Source: Octopus sinensis (lineage: Eukaryota). Taken from it: a DNA stretch of 34,526 bases. Position 1 is the stretch's first letter, and each line of letters begins with the position of its first letter. This document shows, in pieces, positions 34,142 through 34,526 of the stretch. A program made the position numbers and the translations under genes. The notes beneath the pieces were generated by a model that was given only the letters and a program-made list of their open reading frames with translations, was not told where the DNA came from and searched no databases. The DNA lies in the NCBI RefSeq assembly GCF_006345805.1, contig NW_021831729.1:1-34526 (forward strand), read 5' to 3'.

Positions 34142-34526
34142 CAGGTGTTGAACAAATTCATGGAAACACCTTAAAATTTCAAACAATTTTGTTTTAACAT
34201 GGGGTATGATCGCCTTTGGCAGTAATTACAGCTTGAATTCTGCGAGGTATGGACTCGTACACAGTTTGATTTGTTTCCAAAGGAATTTTTGTCCACTCTT
34301 CAGCTAAAACAGTCTCCAGTTCTTGTAATGGTGATGGTGGAGGATATCGACTCCTTACTTGTTTTTCTAAAATGCACCATAAATGTTCAACAATATTGAG
34401 ATCTGGGGACTGTGGTGGCCAGATAAGATGTTCAACTTCACTTGAATGTTCCTCGTGCCATTCATTAACAACTTTAAATGTCTGAATTGGTGCATTATCA
34501 TCCCGAAAGATTACGTTTCCTTCCGG
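34142..34526 (-). mobile_element. 3' end of a Tc1/mariner transposon, running off the window
   Basis: TA then TIR-like CAGGTGTTGAACAAATTCATGGAAACACC at 34142; transposase C-terminus on the minus strand. Confidence 0.92.
34194..34526 (-). CDS. Tc1-like transposase, C-terminal 110 codons plus stop, DD36E spacing (5'-partial)
   Basis: PEGNVIFRDDNAP...EHLIWPPQSPDLNIVEHLW...YESIPRRIQAVITAKGDHTPC*. No stop codon in the visible part; 36 residues between the second catalytic D and the E. Confidence 0.88.
   Translation of the reverse strand, partial: PEGNVIFRDDNAPIQTFKVVNEWHEEHSSEVEHLIWPPQSPDLNIVEHLWCILEKQVRSRYPPPSPLQELETVLAEEWTKIPLETNQTVYESIPRRIQAVITAKGDHTPC

Overview
AT-rich eukaryotic (animal) genomic DNA, almost certainly intronic or intergenic. 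The microsatellite load (AT, AC, CT, TACA, AGAT, ATT, GGAT) and the tRNA-derived SINE families look like an Octopus genome; this is inferred from recalled repeat families, not from a search. No complete host gene, rRNA, true tRNA or CRISPR array is supportable, and nearly all ORFs in the track are microsatellite artefacts. The window is a graveyard of mobile elements: about 20 SINE copies or fragments, 3' fragments of several LINE clades (RTE-like with C2H2 fingers x2, RTE/RTEX-like, CR1/L2-group, probable R4/Dong-like), a Penelope-like GIY-YIG remnant, a TA-flanked MITE and the 3' end of a DD36E Tc1 transposon. The best leads are: (1) an intact minimal hammerhead ribozyme plus two decayed hammerhead-like cores; (2) a SINE that forms ~184-bp head-to-tail multimers in which internal units end in AGTAAA and last units end in AATAAA; (3) LINE ends sitting inside the microsatellite that matches their own tail; (4) a ~410-bp spacerless palindrome. 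One candidate host coding exon (15711-15788, +) and a promoter-like island (~17700-18340) are noted at low to moderate confidence.
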